32,000 bases of DNA. Origin: Synechococcus elongatus PCC 6301. Its GTDB lineage: Bacteria; Cyanobacteriota; Cyanobacteriia; Synechococcales; Synechococcaceae. The notes beneath the pieces are model-generated. The model did no database searches. It had not been told where the DNA came from and saw nothing but the letters and a program-made list of their open reading frames with translations. How positions within the stretch are numbered: position 1 is the stretch's first letter; each line of letters opens with the position of its first letter. Positions 20,192-30,581 of this stretch are shown here, in pieces. The translations under genes were made by a program, and so were the position numbers. The DNA is taken from assembly GCF_000010065.1 (NCBI RefSeq), contig NC_006576.1:1050001-1082000 (forward strand). The letters run 5' to 3'.

Positions 20192-21508
20192 GTGATCCTG
20201 TCTCTTGTCTTGCCTGAGAGCGATCGCTACTGTCTGCAGCAAGCGCGGGTTCCACAAGCAGTCCTCACTGACTGGAGCAGCCTCGGTCAACCCGATTGGG
20301 AAGGTAACTTTCTGATCGATCTTGAGATCGACAGGGGCAAGATTTGTGCGATCGCCCCCACCCAGTCCAGCGCTGGCAACGTCGCCAGTCTGGATTTACA
20401 GGGTCGGCAACTCTGGCCCGGATTTGTCGATATCCACACCCACATCGATAAAGGACATATCTGGCCGCGCAGTCCCAATCCTGACGGCAGTTTTGATGGC
20501 GCTTTGACGACGGCGATCGCGGATTCTCAAACCCACTGGAATTCCGATGAGTTGCTGGTGCGGATGGAATTTAGCCTGCGCTGTGCCTACGCCCACGGCA
20601 CGGTCGCGCTACGCACCCATCTCGATTCTGCAGGTGATTTGGCAGCCCAGGGCTTCACTGTTTTTCAGGAATTACGGGAACGCTGGCGCGATCGCCTGAC
20701 GCTCCAAGCCGCTTCGCTAGTCTCCCTCGATCACTATCAGGGGGTAGCAGGAGAGCGGCTCGCCGATTTGGTAGCGGCAGCAGGCGGTCTACTCGGTGGA
20801 GTAACTTTTCCGTCGCCAGCCTTGGATGAGCAACTCGATCGCCTGCTGGATCTTGCCCGCGATCGCCAGCTCGATCTGGATTTGCATGTGGATGAAAGCC
20901 TCAATCCAAGCGATCGCACTCTGCTGCAGGTAGCTGCTGCCGTCCAACGCAACGGCTTCACCGGTAAAGTGCTCTGCGGCCACTGTTGTAGCTTGTCCGT
21001 ACAACCCGAGGCAGACTTACCGATTCAGTTACAGGCAGTGCAAGCGGCGGGACTGGGGATTGTCTCACTACCGCTCTGCAATTCCTACCTACAGGATCGG
21101 CAGGCCGGTCGGACGCCACGATTGCGCGGTATTGCCCCAGTTCAAGAAATCCAAGCGGCAGGGATTCCCACCTTCCTCTCCAGCGACAACAGCCGCGATC
21201 CCTTCTATGCTTACGGCGATTTGGACATGGTCGAAGTCTTTCGAGAGTCGGTGCGAATTGGGCAGCTCGATCATCCTGGGTCACCTTGGCCTGCTGCCGT
21301 CACCCGTACGCCGGCGGATTGGATAGGACTGCCAGATCAAGGCCGGATTGCGATCGGGGCGCGGGCTGATTTCGTGATTTTTAACGCCCGTTCTTTCACA
21401 GAACTGCTGGCTCGCCCCCAAAGCGATCGCCTGATTGTGCGCAATGGCCGCGCGATCGCGCCGGAACTGCCTGACTATGCTGAATTAGATGCAATCTTGG
21501 CGCAGTAG
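20192..21508 (+). CDS. Amidohydrolase, cytosine deaminase-like
   Basis: LWPGFVDIHTHIDKGHIWPR, LRTHLDSAG, LDLHVDESL, TGKVLCGHCCSL and PTFLSSDNSRDPFYAYGDLDM. Confidence 0.88.
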   Translation: MILSLVLPESDRYCLQQARVPQAVLTDWSSLGQPDWEGNFLIDLEIDRGKICAIAPTQSSAGNVASLDLQGRQLWPGFVDIHTHIDKGHIWPRSPNPDGSFDGALTTAIADSQTHWNSDELLVRMEFSLRCAYAHGTVALRTHLDSAGDLAAQGFTVFQELRERWRDRLTLQAASLVSLDHYQGVAGERLADLVAAAGGLLGGVTFPSPALDEQLDRLLDLARDRQLDLDLHVDESLNPSDRTLLQVAAAVQRNGFTGKVLCGHCCSLSVQPEADLPIQLQAVQAAGLGIVSLPLCNSYLQDRQAGRTPRLRGIAPVQEIQAAGIPTFLSSDNSRDPFYAYGDLDMVEVFRESVRIGQLDHPGSPWPAAVTRTPADWIGLPDQGRIAIGARADFVIFNARSFTELLARPQSDRLIVRNGRAIAPELPDYAELDAILAQ

Positions 21509-21510
21509 CA

Positions 21511-22860
21511 ATGGTGGATTGGACAGCAGTAGATCTAGCGCTGGCTGACATTGAAAGCGATCGCGATCGGGCGACCTGTCAGCGCCTGTCCTTGGACTAC
21601 GCCCATTTCAGTCCGATCCTCTGGCCACAATTGCAAGATCGGGCCGCCGATCGCGTCCTCTATCCCCGTAGCGAAGCGGATCTATTGGCGATCGCGCGGG
21701 TCTGCGTGCAAGAGCAAATCCCTTTGACGGTGCGCGGTGCAGCCACGGGTAATTACGGACAATGCACGCCGCTCCACGGAGGATTGCTAGTCGATCTCAC
21801 CGCTTTTGATCAAATTGTTTGGCAGCGTGAATCTCGCTTACGAGTTCAGGCGGGCGCAAAACTGGCTGCGATCGATCGCGCCCTGCGTCCGAGTCGGTGG
21901 GAACTCCGCTGGGCACCGTCGACCTACCGCACAGCCACCATCGGTGGGTTCTTTGCAGGCGGCAGCGGTGGCATTGGCTCGATCACCCATGGACAACTGC
22001 GCGATCGCGGCAATCTGTTGGGGGCTAAGGTGCTGACCTTGGAAGCAGAACCGCGCTTTGTCGAGCTACAAGGCGAAGCCGTGCAAGCGATCAACCATGC
22101 CTACGGTTGCACGGGCTTGATCACCGAGCTGGAGATTCCGCTCGCGCCCGCCTACGACTGGCAGGAATGCATGGTCGATTTCCCGAGCTGGGCTGCTGCT
22201 TTGGATTTTGCCCAAGCGATCGCCGAGGCGGATGGCTTGATCAAGAAGATGGTCTGCGTTCTCGCCGACCCGATCCCTAGTTTTTGTAAAGCGCTCAAGG
22301 ATTCTTGGCAAACAGGCGAAAGCGCTGTGTTGCTACTCCTGACAGAGCCGAGTTTAGAAGGGGCGACGGCGATCGCCTCAGAACTGGGAGGCCGGATCAG
22401 TTGGCAGCGATCGCCCCAGGATCAACCGCTGTTCACCTTGATGGAGCAGAGCTGGAATCACACCACCCTCCATGCCCGCAGCGTTGATCCAGTTTGGACC
22501 TATCTGCAAATGTTGCTGCCCTTGGGAGAAGAAGCGCAGTTCATCAGGCACATTCAACAGGACTGGGGCAACAACCTGCTCTGGCATTTGGAATTGATCC
22601 GCAGCCATGGTCAAGTCCGAGTCGCAGCCCTACCCTTGGTGCGCTTTGAAGGGCGCGATCGCCTCCAACAACTCACTGATCAGCTGACCGCAGCCGGCGC
22701 GATCCTATTTGATCCGCATACCTACTGCCTCGAAGACGGCGGCATGAAGCAAATTGATCTTCAGCAGTTGACCTTTAAGGAGCAAGTCGATCCCCAAGGA
22801 CTGTTCAATCCGGGTAAGATGCGTGCCTGGCGCGAGAAGTACGGCGATCGTACGGTCTGA
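21511..22860 (+). CDS. FAD-binding (PCMH-type) oxidase, GlcD-like
   Basis: VLYPRSEADLLAIARVCVQEQIPLTVRGAATGNYGQCTPLHGG, an FAD-binding loop, and C-terminal DPQGLFNPGKMRAWREKYG. Confidence 0.88.
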   Translation: MVDWTAVDLALADIESDRDRATCQRLSLDYAHFSPILWPQLQDRAADRVLYPRSEADLLAIARVCVQEQIPLTVRGAATGNYGQCTPLHGGLLVDLTAFDQIVWQRESRLRVQAGAKLAAIDRALRPSRWELRWAPSTYRTATIGGFFAGGSGGIGSITHGQLRDRGNLLGAKVLTLEAEPRFVELQGEAVQAINHAYGCTGLITELEIPLAPAYDWQECMVDFPSWAAALDFAQAIAEADGLIKKMVCVLADPIPSFCKALKDSWQTGESAVLLLLTEPSLEGATAIASELGGRISWQRSPQDQPLFTLMEQSWNHTTLHARSVDPVWTYLQMLLPLGEEAQFIRHIQQDWGNNLLWHLELIRSHGQVRVAALPLVRFEGRDRLQQLTDQLTAAGAILFDPHTYCLEDGGMKQIDLQQLTFKEQVDPQGLFNPGKMRAWREKYGDRTV

Positions 22861-22861
22861 G

Positions 22862-23632
22862 CTAAGCGCGATCGCGCAGCAGCACCTCAACTAGTTCCAG
22901 GAAACCTGCCACTTCCGGTTGCTGACAAAGGTAACGTGGGGGCTGGGGCAGACGATGAAGGTACGGCACTAGATTGGCCACACCGACACTCAGAGGAAAC
23001 TCGGCAAAGAGGCTGGCGTCGTTGGGGCTATCGCCCACGGTCACAATTTGCTCAGGCTGCAACGCAGGAAAAGTTGATTGGCAAACTTGCCAGAGCGATC
23101 GCCCTTTGCTTTGGCCGCGCGGCAGCAAGTGACACTGAACGGCGCTATAGACAAAATCTAACCCTTGCCCCATGGCAATCGCAGCTATTTGGGTCAGGTC
23201 GGCTTCCGTTAGCCCTGTCACATCAAAGGCCCAGTCCGTTTGCCGAAAGGCATTATCAGCCGCTGCTTGCAGCTGGGGCCAATGCTGCTGGATTTGCTGG
23301 AAACACTGCTGCAACTGCTGACGGTGATCGGCGATCGCAGCGATCGGGCTGAGGATAATCGGTGCTTGTTCCGGCCAGCAAATCGCGCCGCCGTTCTCGG
23401 TCATCACGCCTGCCACCGGCAGGTATTGGGCCAAGGCCATGCCCCAACCCACCGATCGCCCCGTGCTGATGAGCACTCTTATTTCAGCCGCTGCCAGCTG
23501 TTCGAAGGCTTCGATCAGAGCCGCAGACAAGCGATCGCTCGCTGTCAGAGTCCCGTCAAGATCGCTGACGATCAAGCGAACGGCACTAAGGTTGGCCTGC
23601 TGGATCGCCTGGGGCACTTGGAACGAGATCAC
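22862..23632 (-). CDS. HAD-superfamily hydrolase (Cof/sucrose-phosphatase-like)
   Basis: LIVSDLDGTLTASDRLS, LISTGRS, and VTVGDSPNDASLFAEFPLSVGVAN. Confidence 0.88.
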   Translation of the reverse strand: MISFQVPQAIQQANLSAVRLIVSDLDGTLTASDRLSAALIEAFEQLAAAEIRVLISTGRSVGWGMALAQYLPVAGVMTENGGAICWPEQAPIILSPIAAIADHRQQLQQCFQQIQQHWPQLQAAADNAFRQTDWAFDVTGLTEADLTQIAAIAMGQGLDFVYSAVQCHLLPRGQSKGRSLWQVCQSTFPALQPEQIVTVGDSPNDASLFAEFPLSVGVANLVPYLHRLPQPPRYLCQQPEVAGFLELVEVLLRDRA

Positions 23633-24291
23633 GCTTCGAATTCAGTGGTGCTATCCGGCGACAGACTCACCGTCGGATCTTGGAGACCGGTCAGGCTACG
23701 GAACTGTGGACTGAGATAGAAGTAGGTAGCTTTGACATCCGCACCAAACAAAATTTGGTCGTAGTGCTTAAGGTCACACTCGGTAATGCTGCGATTGTTG
23801 ACGTAGGTGCCATTGGCACTGCGGCGACTTGTCTCTGGATCTCCGTCGATCAGGCGATAGCGAACCTCACCGTTTTCTGTCAGGAAGCGCACCAACGTGG
23901 CATGCTGCCGTGAGGCATAGATGGAATGGAGGCGGATATCGCAGGAATCAGCCTTACCAATGGTGTAGTGAGATTTATAGAGCTTGAGCTCGGTTGCACC
24001 ACGCGAATCTTCAACAATAAAGACGTGTTCCGGCTGGGCTGGATCTGCCAAGTCGAGGGTCAGCACCTTTTCCAACGTGTTTTGCAGAGAAGCCAAGCTT
24101 CGCAGAGCTGCAGCACTGTTTTGGAGCACTTGTTGGATGATCGTCAGATCACCCGAAACCACCGCCTGCTTTAGTGCATTGAGGGAGGTTCCATAGTCGC
24201 TGGTTTGCTGATCGACCAATTCGAACAGCTCCGAAAGCGCATAGTCGGTATTGCCAACTTTGACTCGAGTATCGAGGCTGATGATCGACAC
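23629..24291 (-). CDS. FHA-domain protein
   Basis: YTIGKADSCDIRLHSIYASRQHATLVRF and NGTYVNNRSITECDLKHYDQILFGADVKATYFYL. Confidence 0.9.
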   Translation of the reverse strand: MSIISLDTRVKVGNTDYALSELFELVDQQTSDYGTSLNALKQAVVSGDLTIIQQVLQNSAAALRSLASLQNTLEKVLTLDLADPAQPEHVFIVEDSRGATELKLYKSHYTIGKADSCDIRLHSIYASRQHATLVRFLTENGEVRYRLIDGDPETSRRSANGTYVNNRSITECDLKHYDQILFGADVKATYFYLSPQFRSLTGLQDPTVSLSPDSTTEFEA

Positions 24292-24391
24292 AATAGTTTC
24301 CTAGAACAATAAGTCGGCTCACGAAGTCGGAGTCGTATGGGATATTGTGCCTCCTCCAGTGCCTTCTTGCCTGTCGGGAACCGCAGAAAAT

Positions 24392-25117
24392 TTAGGCTTT
24401 CTGGAGCACAGGGCTGGTCAGTCCACCTTTCACAAGGCGACCATCTTCCATTTCTAAAATGCGATCGGCAATATCTAGGATGCGATTGTCGTGGGTGACC
24501 AGCAGAATCGTGCAGCCCTGCTCTTTCGCAAGCTGCTGCATCAGGTCTACGACATCCCGCCCCGACTGACGATCGAGGGCAGCGGTGGGTTCATCGGCCA
24601 GCACCAGTTTGGGACGGCCCACCAAGGCGCGGGCGATCGCAACCCGTTGCTTTTGACCGCCGGATAAGTTTTCGGGATAGTAGTCGAGATGATCGCCAAG
24701 GCCAACTGCCTCTAGCATTTGATGCGATCGAGCGATGCGTTCATCCCAGTTGAGATCTGCCTGCAGGTCTAAGGTCATCTGCACGTTTTGGCTGGCAGTC
24801 AAGAAGCGGAGAAGATTGTGGGCCTGAAAGATATAGCCAATGTTGCGGCGCACTTCAACGCGCTGGCGCTGACTAGCACCGTGTAACTCTTGGCCCAGAA
24901 CGCTGAGGGTGCCGGCCTGCACCGATCGCAAGCCCCCAATCAGGGTAAGGAGGGTCGTTTTGCCGCAGCCCGAGGGGCCAGTCAGCAGGACAATTTCGCC
25001 TGGGTTAAGGTCAAAGCCGACATCAAACAAGACTTGTTTCTGCAGCGAGTCATGGCCATAGAAATGGTCGAGGTTCCGAATGGAGACCACTGCGTCGCTG
25101 CTCATGACCTTATCCAA
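24392..25117 (-). CDS. ABC transporter ATP-binding protein, DevA-like
   Basis: [57 protein letters not shown] and LLVTHDNRI. Confidence 0.9.
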   Translation of the reverse strand: MDKVMSSDAVVSIRNLDHFYGHDSLQKQVLFDVGFDLNPGEIVLLTGPSGCGKTTLLTLIGGLRSVQAGTLSVLGQELHGASQRQRVEVRRNIGYIFQAHNLLRFLTASQNVQMTLDLQADLNWDERIARSHQMLEAVGLGDHLDYYPENLSGGQKQRVAIARALVGRPKLVLADEPTAALDRQSGRDVVDLMQQLAKEQGCTILLVTHDNRILDIADRILEMEDGRLVKGGLTSPVLQKA

Positions 25118-25224
25118 AGAGCTGCCTGCATTTTAGCGGTACTGTTTGGGTCAGTTACCCGGGGCGATCGCCCCTGAATTCAGCAGGATTGCTATCTTCA
25201 AGCAACACCGGCAGCCGCATCGCC

Positions 25225-27225
25225 ATGACGCCCTTTCAACTGCAAGCCCGCTATCAACCGATGGGAGACCAACCGACTGCGATCGCGCAGTTGGTCGAAC
25301 AAGTTCAGGCCGGTGCTCCCTATCAAACCTTGCTGGGCGCGACTGGAACGGGCAAGACTTTTACGATCGCCAACGTGATTGCGCAGGTGGGGCGCCCAGC
25401 CTTAGTACTGGCCCACAACAAGACCTTAGCGGCTCAGCTGTGCAATGAGCTGCGTGAGTTTTTCCCGAATAACGCCGTCGAGTATTTCATCAGCTATTAC
25501 GACTACTATCAACCGGAAGCTTACATTCCGGTGACCGACACTTATATCGCCAAAACAGCTTCGATCAATGAAGAGATCGATATGCTTCGGCACTCCGCCA
25601 CGCGAAACTTATTTGAGCGACGTGATGTAATTGTCGTTGCTTCAATTAGCTGCATCTATGGCTTGGGTATTCCTAGCGAGTATTTAAAAGCAGCAATCCC
25701 GCTAGAAGTCGGGGCTGAAATCAATATGCGCGAGGTTTTGCGACAACTCGTTGATGTTCAATACAGTCGCAATGATCTGGAGTCAGGTCGCGGTCGATTC
25801 CGGGTGAAAGGCGATGTCCTCGAAATCGGCCCAGCCTATGAGGATCGGATTATTCGGGTCGAATTTTTTGGTGATGAAATTGATGCGATTCGCTATATCG
25901 ATCCAGTCACCGGCGAAATCCTCCAAAGCCTCGATCGCCTCAATATCTATCCTGCCCGTCACTTTGTGACGCCAGAAGAACGGCTGGAAATTGCGATCGC
26001 AGAAATCAAAGAAGAACTCAATCAGCAGCTCCTGACTTTACAAGCAGAAGGCAAACTGGTGGAGGCTCAGCGGCTCGAGCAACGCACCCGCTATGACCTC
26101 GAAATGCTGCAGGAAGTGGGCTACTGCAACGGCGTTGAAAACTATGCCCGCCATCTCGCTGGCCGCGAGCCCGGATCGCCCCCAGAATGTCTGATCGACT
26201 ACTTCCCAAAAGATTGGCTCCTCGTTGTTGATGAATCCCACGTCACCGTTCCGCAGTTGCGGGGCATGTATAACGGTGATCAGTCTCGCAAAAAGGTTTT
26301 GGTGGATCACGGCTTCCGCTTGCCAAGCGCTGCAGATAACCGTCCACTAAAGTCGGAGGAATTTTGGGAGAAAGTGCGTCAGTGCATTTTTGTCTCAGCA
26401 ACGCCTGGTGATTGGGAAATAGAGCGATCGGAAGAGCAGATTGTTGAGCAAGTGATTCGCCCGACAGGCGTGGTTGATCCCGAGGTTTTCGTTCGCCCCA
26501 CGGAAGGACAAGTTGATGATCTCCTCGCTGAAATTCAGCAGCGGGTCCGTCGCCAAGAGCGAGCATTGATTACGACGCTGACCAAGCGAATGGCTGAGGA
26601 TTTAACGGATTATTTGAGCGATCGCGGCGTTAAAGTTCGCTATCTCCACTCAGAGATCAACTCGATCGAACGAATTGAAATCCTGCAGGATTTGCGCAAT
26701 GGCGATTTTGATGTCTTGATTGGGGTTAACTTGCTACGGGAAGGCTTAGACCTGCCAGAGGTATCCCTAGTCGCTATTTTGGATGCCGACAAGGAAGGCT
26801 TTTTGCGGACGGAACGCAGCCTCATTCAAACGATTGGGCGAGCAGCTCGCCACATCAATGGCCAAGCGATTCTGTATGCCGATCGCATGACCGAAAGTAT
26901 GGAGAAGGCGATCAGTGAAACGGAACGACGGCGACGTATTCAATTGGATTACAACCAACGTCACAACATTACCCCTCAACCGATTATCAAGCGATCGAGC
27001 AACGCCATTCTCTCGTTCCTTGAAGTCTCGCGGCGGCTGAATAAGCAAGAGTTAGAAGTAGCAGTCAGTCAAGCCGATGATCTCTCCCTCGAAGAGATTC
27101 CCAACTTGATTACGCAACTAGAAGCCCAGATGAAAGAGGCCGCTAAAAATCTGGAATTTGAGGAGGCTGCTCAATACCGCGATCGCATTAAGAAATTACG
27201 TGAACGACTGGTGGGTCGCCACTAA
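25225..27225 (+). CDS. uvrB: Excinuclease ABC subunit B
   Basis: [84 protein letters not shown] and the UVR motif. The likely start is [12 protein letters not shown]. Confidence 0.98.
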   Translation: MTPFQLQARYQPMGDQPTAIAQLVEQVQAGAPYQTLLGATGTGKTFTIANVIAQVGRPALVLAHNKTLAAQLCNELREFFPNNAVEYFISYYDYYQPEAYIPVTDTYIAKTASINEEIDMLRHSATRNLFERRDVIVVASISCIYGLGIPSEYLKAAIPLEVGAEINMREVLRQLVDVQYSRNDLESGRGRFRVKGDVLEIGPAYEDRIIRVEFFGDEIDAIRYIDPVTGEILQSLDRLNIYPARHFVTPEERLEIAIAEIKEELNQQLLTLQAEGKLVEAQRLEQRTRYDLEMLQEVGYCNGVENYARHLAGREPGSPPECLIDYFPKDWLLVVDESHVTVPQLRGMYNGDQSRKKVLVDHGFRLPSAADNRPLKSEEFWEKVRQCIFVSATPGDWEIERSEEQIVEQVIRPTGVVDPEVFVRPTEGQVDDLLAEIQQRVRRQERALITTLTKRMAEDLTDYLSDRGVKVRYLHSEINSIERIEILQDLRNGDFDVLIGVNLLREGLDLPEVSLVAILDADKEGFLRTERSLIQTIGRAARHINGQAILYADRMTESMEKAISETERRRRIQLDYNQRHNITPQPIIKRSSNAILSFLEVSRRLNKQELEVAVSQADDLSLEEIPNLITQLEAQMKEAAKNLEFEEAAQYRDRIKKLRERLVGRH

Positions 27226-27282
27226 AAACCCGATCTAGCAGGCATCCACTCCCACGCCAGTTGAAATGTGCGATCGCTGGAA

Positions 27283-27759
27283 CTAATTCCAGTCGTCTGC
27301 GGCAAAGTCCAAGCTACGGCGTCCGGGTGAGGGCCAGTCGGCATTTTCACCACCGACAAAGACTTGCTCTAGCCCAACCATTTCTTCGCTCAGACGCTGA
27401 AGGGCATTCAGCAATACGTCTAAAGCGATCGCGTCACTGGTACCCAGATCAAACCAGCAGCGAGCCCAACGCCCTTGATACTCGACTTCTCCCATGTTGT
27501 GCATCAGGGCGGCCAGGCTAGAACGCTCTTGAGCTGACTGATAGCTCATATAACTCAGTTCTAAGCCCTCTTCTTGAGCTTGCAGGTTTTCAGCATTGAA
27601 GCCACCTAGCTTGCCTAGGAAAAACCAGGAGTCAAACAATTCCTCTAGATATTGCTGCTCTAAGGGCGCAGGGACAGTACTAAATTCCACCCAAATCCAG
27701 CAGTCAAAGGGGTTAAATTCACGAAATTCAATTTGCATGGGCGAGACCAAATTCCTCAA
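27283..27759 (-). CDS. DUF3531-like cyanobacterial/plastid conserved protein
   Basis: MQIEFREFNPFDCWIWVEFSTVPAPLEQQYLEELFDSWFFLGKLGGFNAENLQ. Family from recall. Confidence 0.85.
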   Translation of the reverse strand: MRNLVSPMQIEFREFNPFDCWIWVEFSTVPAPLEQQYLEELFDSWFFLGKLGGFNAENLQAQEEGLELSYMSYQSAQERSSLAALMHNMGEVEYQGRWARCWFDLGTSDAIALDVLLNALQRLSEEMVGLEQVFVGGENADWPSPGRRSLDFAADDWN

Positions 27760-27829
27760 GGTTTCAACGACTGAACCAACAGCCAGTCATCACTGGCTCT
27801 GACTGGAACCTACAGCTTAGAGTGGGGCA

Positions 27830-28825
27830 CTAGAGGGGCGGCAGAGTAGCTGGTCCCCAGGGGCCTGGCGCTTGGGTCACTTGATCGCGCAGTGACACAC
27901 AGTCTTGGCCGCGATTGTCGAAGGTCTTCTGGTTATTGCAGGCTTCAAAAAAGAGTTGCCAAACCAGGGGTTGCGGCAGTTGCGAAGATTTTGCCAGTGC
28001 CTTTTGGAATTCTGCTGCTGCCGCTCGCCGCAAATTGGCATCACCGGTGGCTTTGCTCTGTTCCACGAGGATTTGGGCTTTGAGATAGCGCAGCTCTGGA
28101 TTCTCGGGAGCCGCCGCGATCGCCCGATCAACGTACTGAATCGCTTCGGGATAGCGCTTGAGATTCCGCAGTCCGAGAGCAATGCCGCGATCGGCAAGGT
28201 AACGCGGGCTGGCTTTTTCTAGCTTGGCGATCGCGCCGCTGGGATTGGCCAAGGGCAGATTGGTCGCCACTATCAAATCCACGAAACCTTGCACCAGATT
28301 CAACTCAGGATCATTGGGATTGATCTGAGCGGCCGCCCGCAAGCTGCCGTAGACCGTCTGGAGGGACTGTAAGGCTTGGGGAACAGCCGCCAGCGGCACC
28401 CCTCCATCCCCCGTCAGTTGGGGCAGCAAGGTTGAAGCCGCCATCATCAACTCGCCCACTGCAATGTAGAGCTGGCTGCGCAGGGGTTGTTGAGGGGCGA
28501 TCGCCTGGGCCTTGCTCTTGGTTTGGCGAGCATAGTCGGCAAAGGCTTGGCGATTTTGCTGGGCAAACGCTAGGCTGCCCGCCAAGGCAAACACCAAAGG
28601 ATCCGAAGAGTCCTGGCGCAGCGCTTGCTGCAGGGCTTGTTCGGCAGCGGGATAGTTGCCCTGTTGAAAGGCAGCGGTAAAGGCTGCTGCCGTCGAAGCA
28701 CTGATCGGCTGGGGATTGCTGCTGCGGAAAGGATCGCCAGCCCGCCCCGCGGGGATACCGACGGTACTGCAGAGAACGACCGCACAACTTGCAGCAATCA
28801 AACGATGGACCAAGCGAATATTCAT
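27830..28825 (-). CDS. TPR-repeat exported protein (Sll0314/Alr-type hypothetical)
   Basis: Signal-like MNIRLVHRLIAASCAVVLCSTVG..AGRAG, then TPR-like repeats (AAFQQGNYPAAEQALQQALRQDSSDP; LKRYPEAIQYVDRAIAAAPENPELRYLKAQI). The start is inferred within ORF 27830..28891. Confidence 0.8.
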   Translation of the reverse strand: MNIRLVHRLIAASCAVVLCSTVGIPAGRAGDPFRSSNPQPISASTAAAFTAAFQQGNYPAAEQALQQALRQDSSDPLVFALAGSLAFAQQNRQAFADYARQTKSKAQAIAPQQPLRSQLYIAVGELMMAASTLLPQLTGDGGVPLAAVPQALQSLQTVYGSLRAAAQINPNDPELNLVQGFVDLIVATNLPLANPSGAIAKLEKASPRYLADRGIALGLRNLKRYPEAIQYVDRAIAAAPENPELRYLKAQILVEQSKATGDANLRRAAAAEFQKALAKSSQLPQPLVWQLFFEACNNQKTFDNRGQDCVSLRDQVTQAPGPWGPATLPPL

Positions 28826-28899
28826 GCCGGCGCTAGAAGCGATAGAAAGCAGAAAGACGTTGCCAGAACTCACTCGTTCCAGAAGAGGCAACTGGCAGA

Positions 28900-29604
28900 A
28901 TGGAACGGTTGCGATCGCTTAAGCCTTTGACCCTGCAACTGGACGGCATTTCGTACCATCCTCCCGCGAGTTCACGGCCCATCTTAGACAATATCAGCTT
29001 CGATCTGGGCTTCCCGGAGCTAGGTTTGATTGTTGGCCCCAGCGGTTCTGGCAAAACGACGCTGCTAGAACTCCTCGCCGGTTTGATAATTCCACAACAG
29101 GAGCGAGTCACCTGGCGTGATCAGGATTTGAACTATCTCCAACTACGGCAGCTCGCTGGGCTAGTCTTTCAGTTTCCTGAGCGGCATTTCTGCGGCCATA
29201 CCGTGCTGGAGGAGTTGCGCCTCGGACATCCTGAAATCAGTCGCGATCAGGTCAAATCGGCTCTAGTTTCGGTGGGGCTGGGGGATTTACCTTTTTCTGC
29301 TTCGCCTTACCAACTCAGCGGCGGTCAACAGCGGCGGTTGGCACTCGCAGTGCAGTTGATTCGCCAGCCCTGCATTTTGCTGTTGGATGAACCGACAGCC
29401 GGCCTCGATTGGTCAATGCGTCGTCAGTTGATTCAGCTGTTTCAGGAACTGAAGCAAACCTGGGGGTTGCTGATCGTCACCCATGAACCGCAGGAACTGG
29501 CCGCGATCGCTGATCGCCAGTGGGGAATTGTCCAAGGTCGGCTGGAACCCTGGCCAGTGCAGCCGTCAGCCCAGGCATTGGACCAGCAGATTAGCATTTG
29601 TTAA
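28900..29604 (+). CDS. ABC transporter ATP-binding protein (CbiO/EcfA-like)
   Basis: LIVGPSGSGKTTLLELLAGLI, FQFPERHFCGHTVLEELRLG and YQLSGGQQRRLALAVQLIRQPCILLLDEPTAGLD. Confidence 0.9.
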   Translation: MERLRSLKPLTLQLDGISYHPPASSRPILDNISFDLGFPELGLIVGPSGSGKTTLLELLAGLIIPQQERVTWRDQDLNYLQLRQLAGLVFQFPERHFCGHTVLEELRLGHPEISRDQVKSALVSVGLGDLPFSASPYQLSGGQQRRLALAVQLIRQPCILLLDEPTAGLDWSMRRQLIQLFQELKQTWGLLIVTHEPQELAAIADRQWGIVQGRLEPWPVQPSAQALDQQISIC

Positions 29605-30530
29605 GAGTCTTTTTTGTTCACCCAGCGATCGAGCACATGGCAGACCAACTGATTCGAGCGACTGCAGCAGGTGGTGGCATTCGTGCCGTCGGCGTGATCA
29701 CCACTGATCTCACTGCCGAGGCTCAGCGTAAACACGGTCTGTCGTTTGTGGCGACCACGGCCCTGGGGCGCAGCATGGCAGCGGGACTGCTCCTGGCCTC
29801 CAGCATGAAAAAAGAAGGTTCACGGGTCAATTTGCGGATTCGCAGCGCTGGCCCCCTCGGGGGGTTGATGGTCGATGCTGGCTTAGATGGCACCGTGCGC
29901 GGCTATGTGGAACATCCCGCGATTGAAATTGAGCCCAACACCCAAGGATTACCCGATGTCGGCCGCGCCATTGGCCCCGGCTACCTGCATGTGATGCGAG
30001 ATGTCGGCTACGGTCAGCCCTACACCAGTACTGTCGAGCTGGTCAACGGCGAAATTGGCGACGATGTAGCCTACTACTTGGCCAGCTCTGAGCAAACACC
30101 TTCAGCGATTCTGCTAGGGGTTTATCTTGATCGCCAAGGGGTCGAAGCCGCCGGTGGGCTATTGATTCAAGTGCTGCCCCAAGCCGCTCGCGATCCAGAG
30201 CTGGTCAGCTTGCTGGAATCGCGGATCAGCCATCTGAAAGGCTTCACGCAACTCCTACGATCGGGCAAGGATTTGCCAGAGATTCTGGAAGACCTGCTGG
30301 GCGACTTGGATCTGACAATTCTGGCCGAACCACGATCGCTGCGGTTTTTCTGCCCCTGTACCCACCAACGGATGCTAGGCGCTCTCAAAATCTTTGGGGC
30401 ACCGGAACTGCGCGACATGATCGCCAAGGATCAAGGGGCCGAGGCAACCTGCGAGTTTTGTAGCGAGGTCTATCAAGCCAGCATTGAAGAGCTGGAAGAA
30501 CTGATCAGCGACTTGGAAACCGCCGCTTAA
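29598..30530 (+). CDS. hslO: 33 kDa redox-regulated chaperone Hsp33
   Basis: MADQLIRATAAGGGIRAVGVITTDL, and C-terminal zinc motif CPCTHQRM..CEFCSEVY. The start is probably the internal ATG (MADQLIR, 29637). Confidence 0.95.
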   Translation: MLRVFFVHPAIEHMADQLIRATAAGGGIRAVGVITTDLTAEAQRKHGLSFVATTALGRSMAAGLLLASSMKKEGSRVNLRIRSAGPLGGLMVDAGLDGTVRGYVEHPAIEIEPNTQGLPDVGRAIGPGYLHVMRDVGYGQPYTSTVELVNGEIGDDVAYYLASSEQTPSAILLGVYLDRQGVEAAGGLLIQVLPQAARDPELVSLLESRISHLKGFTQLLRSGKDLPEILEDLLGDLDLTILAEPRSLRFFCPCTHQRMLGALKIFGAPELRDMIAKDQGAEATCEFCSEVYQASIEELEELISDLETAA

Positions 30531-30581
30531 TCCTGTCCACTCTTCCAAAACTGCTAGCTCGGACAAACCGCGATCGCCCAA

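Noticed and set aside
25146-29111. Additional ORFs opposing uvrB, the TPR gene and the ABC ATPase (for example 25146..25448, 26243..26566, 28432..28680 and 28833..29111)
   Set aside because: They overlap genes with strong motif evidence and show low-complexity, arginine/serine-rich shadow-frame composition.
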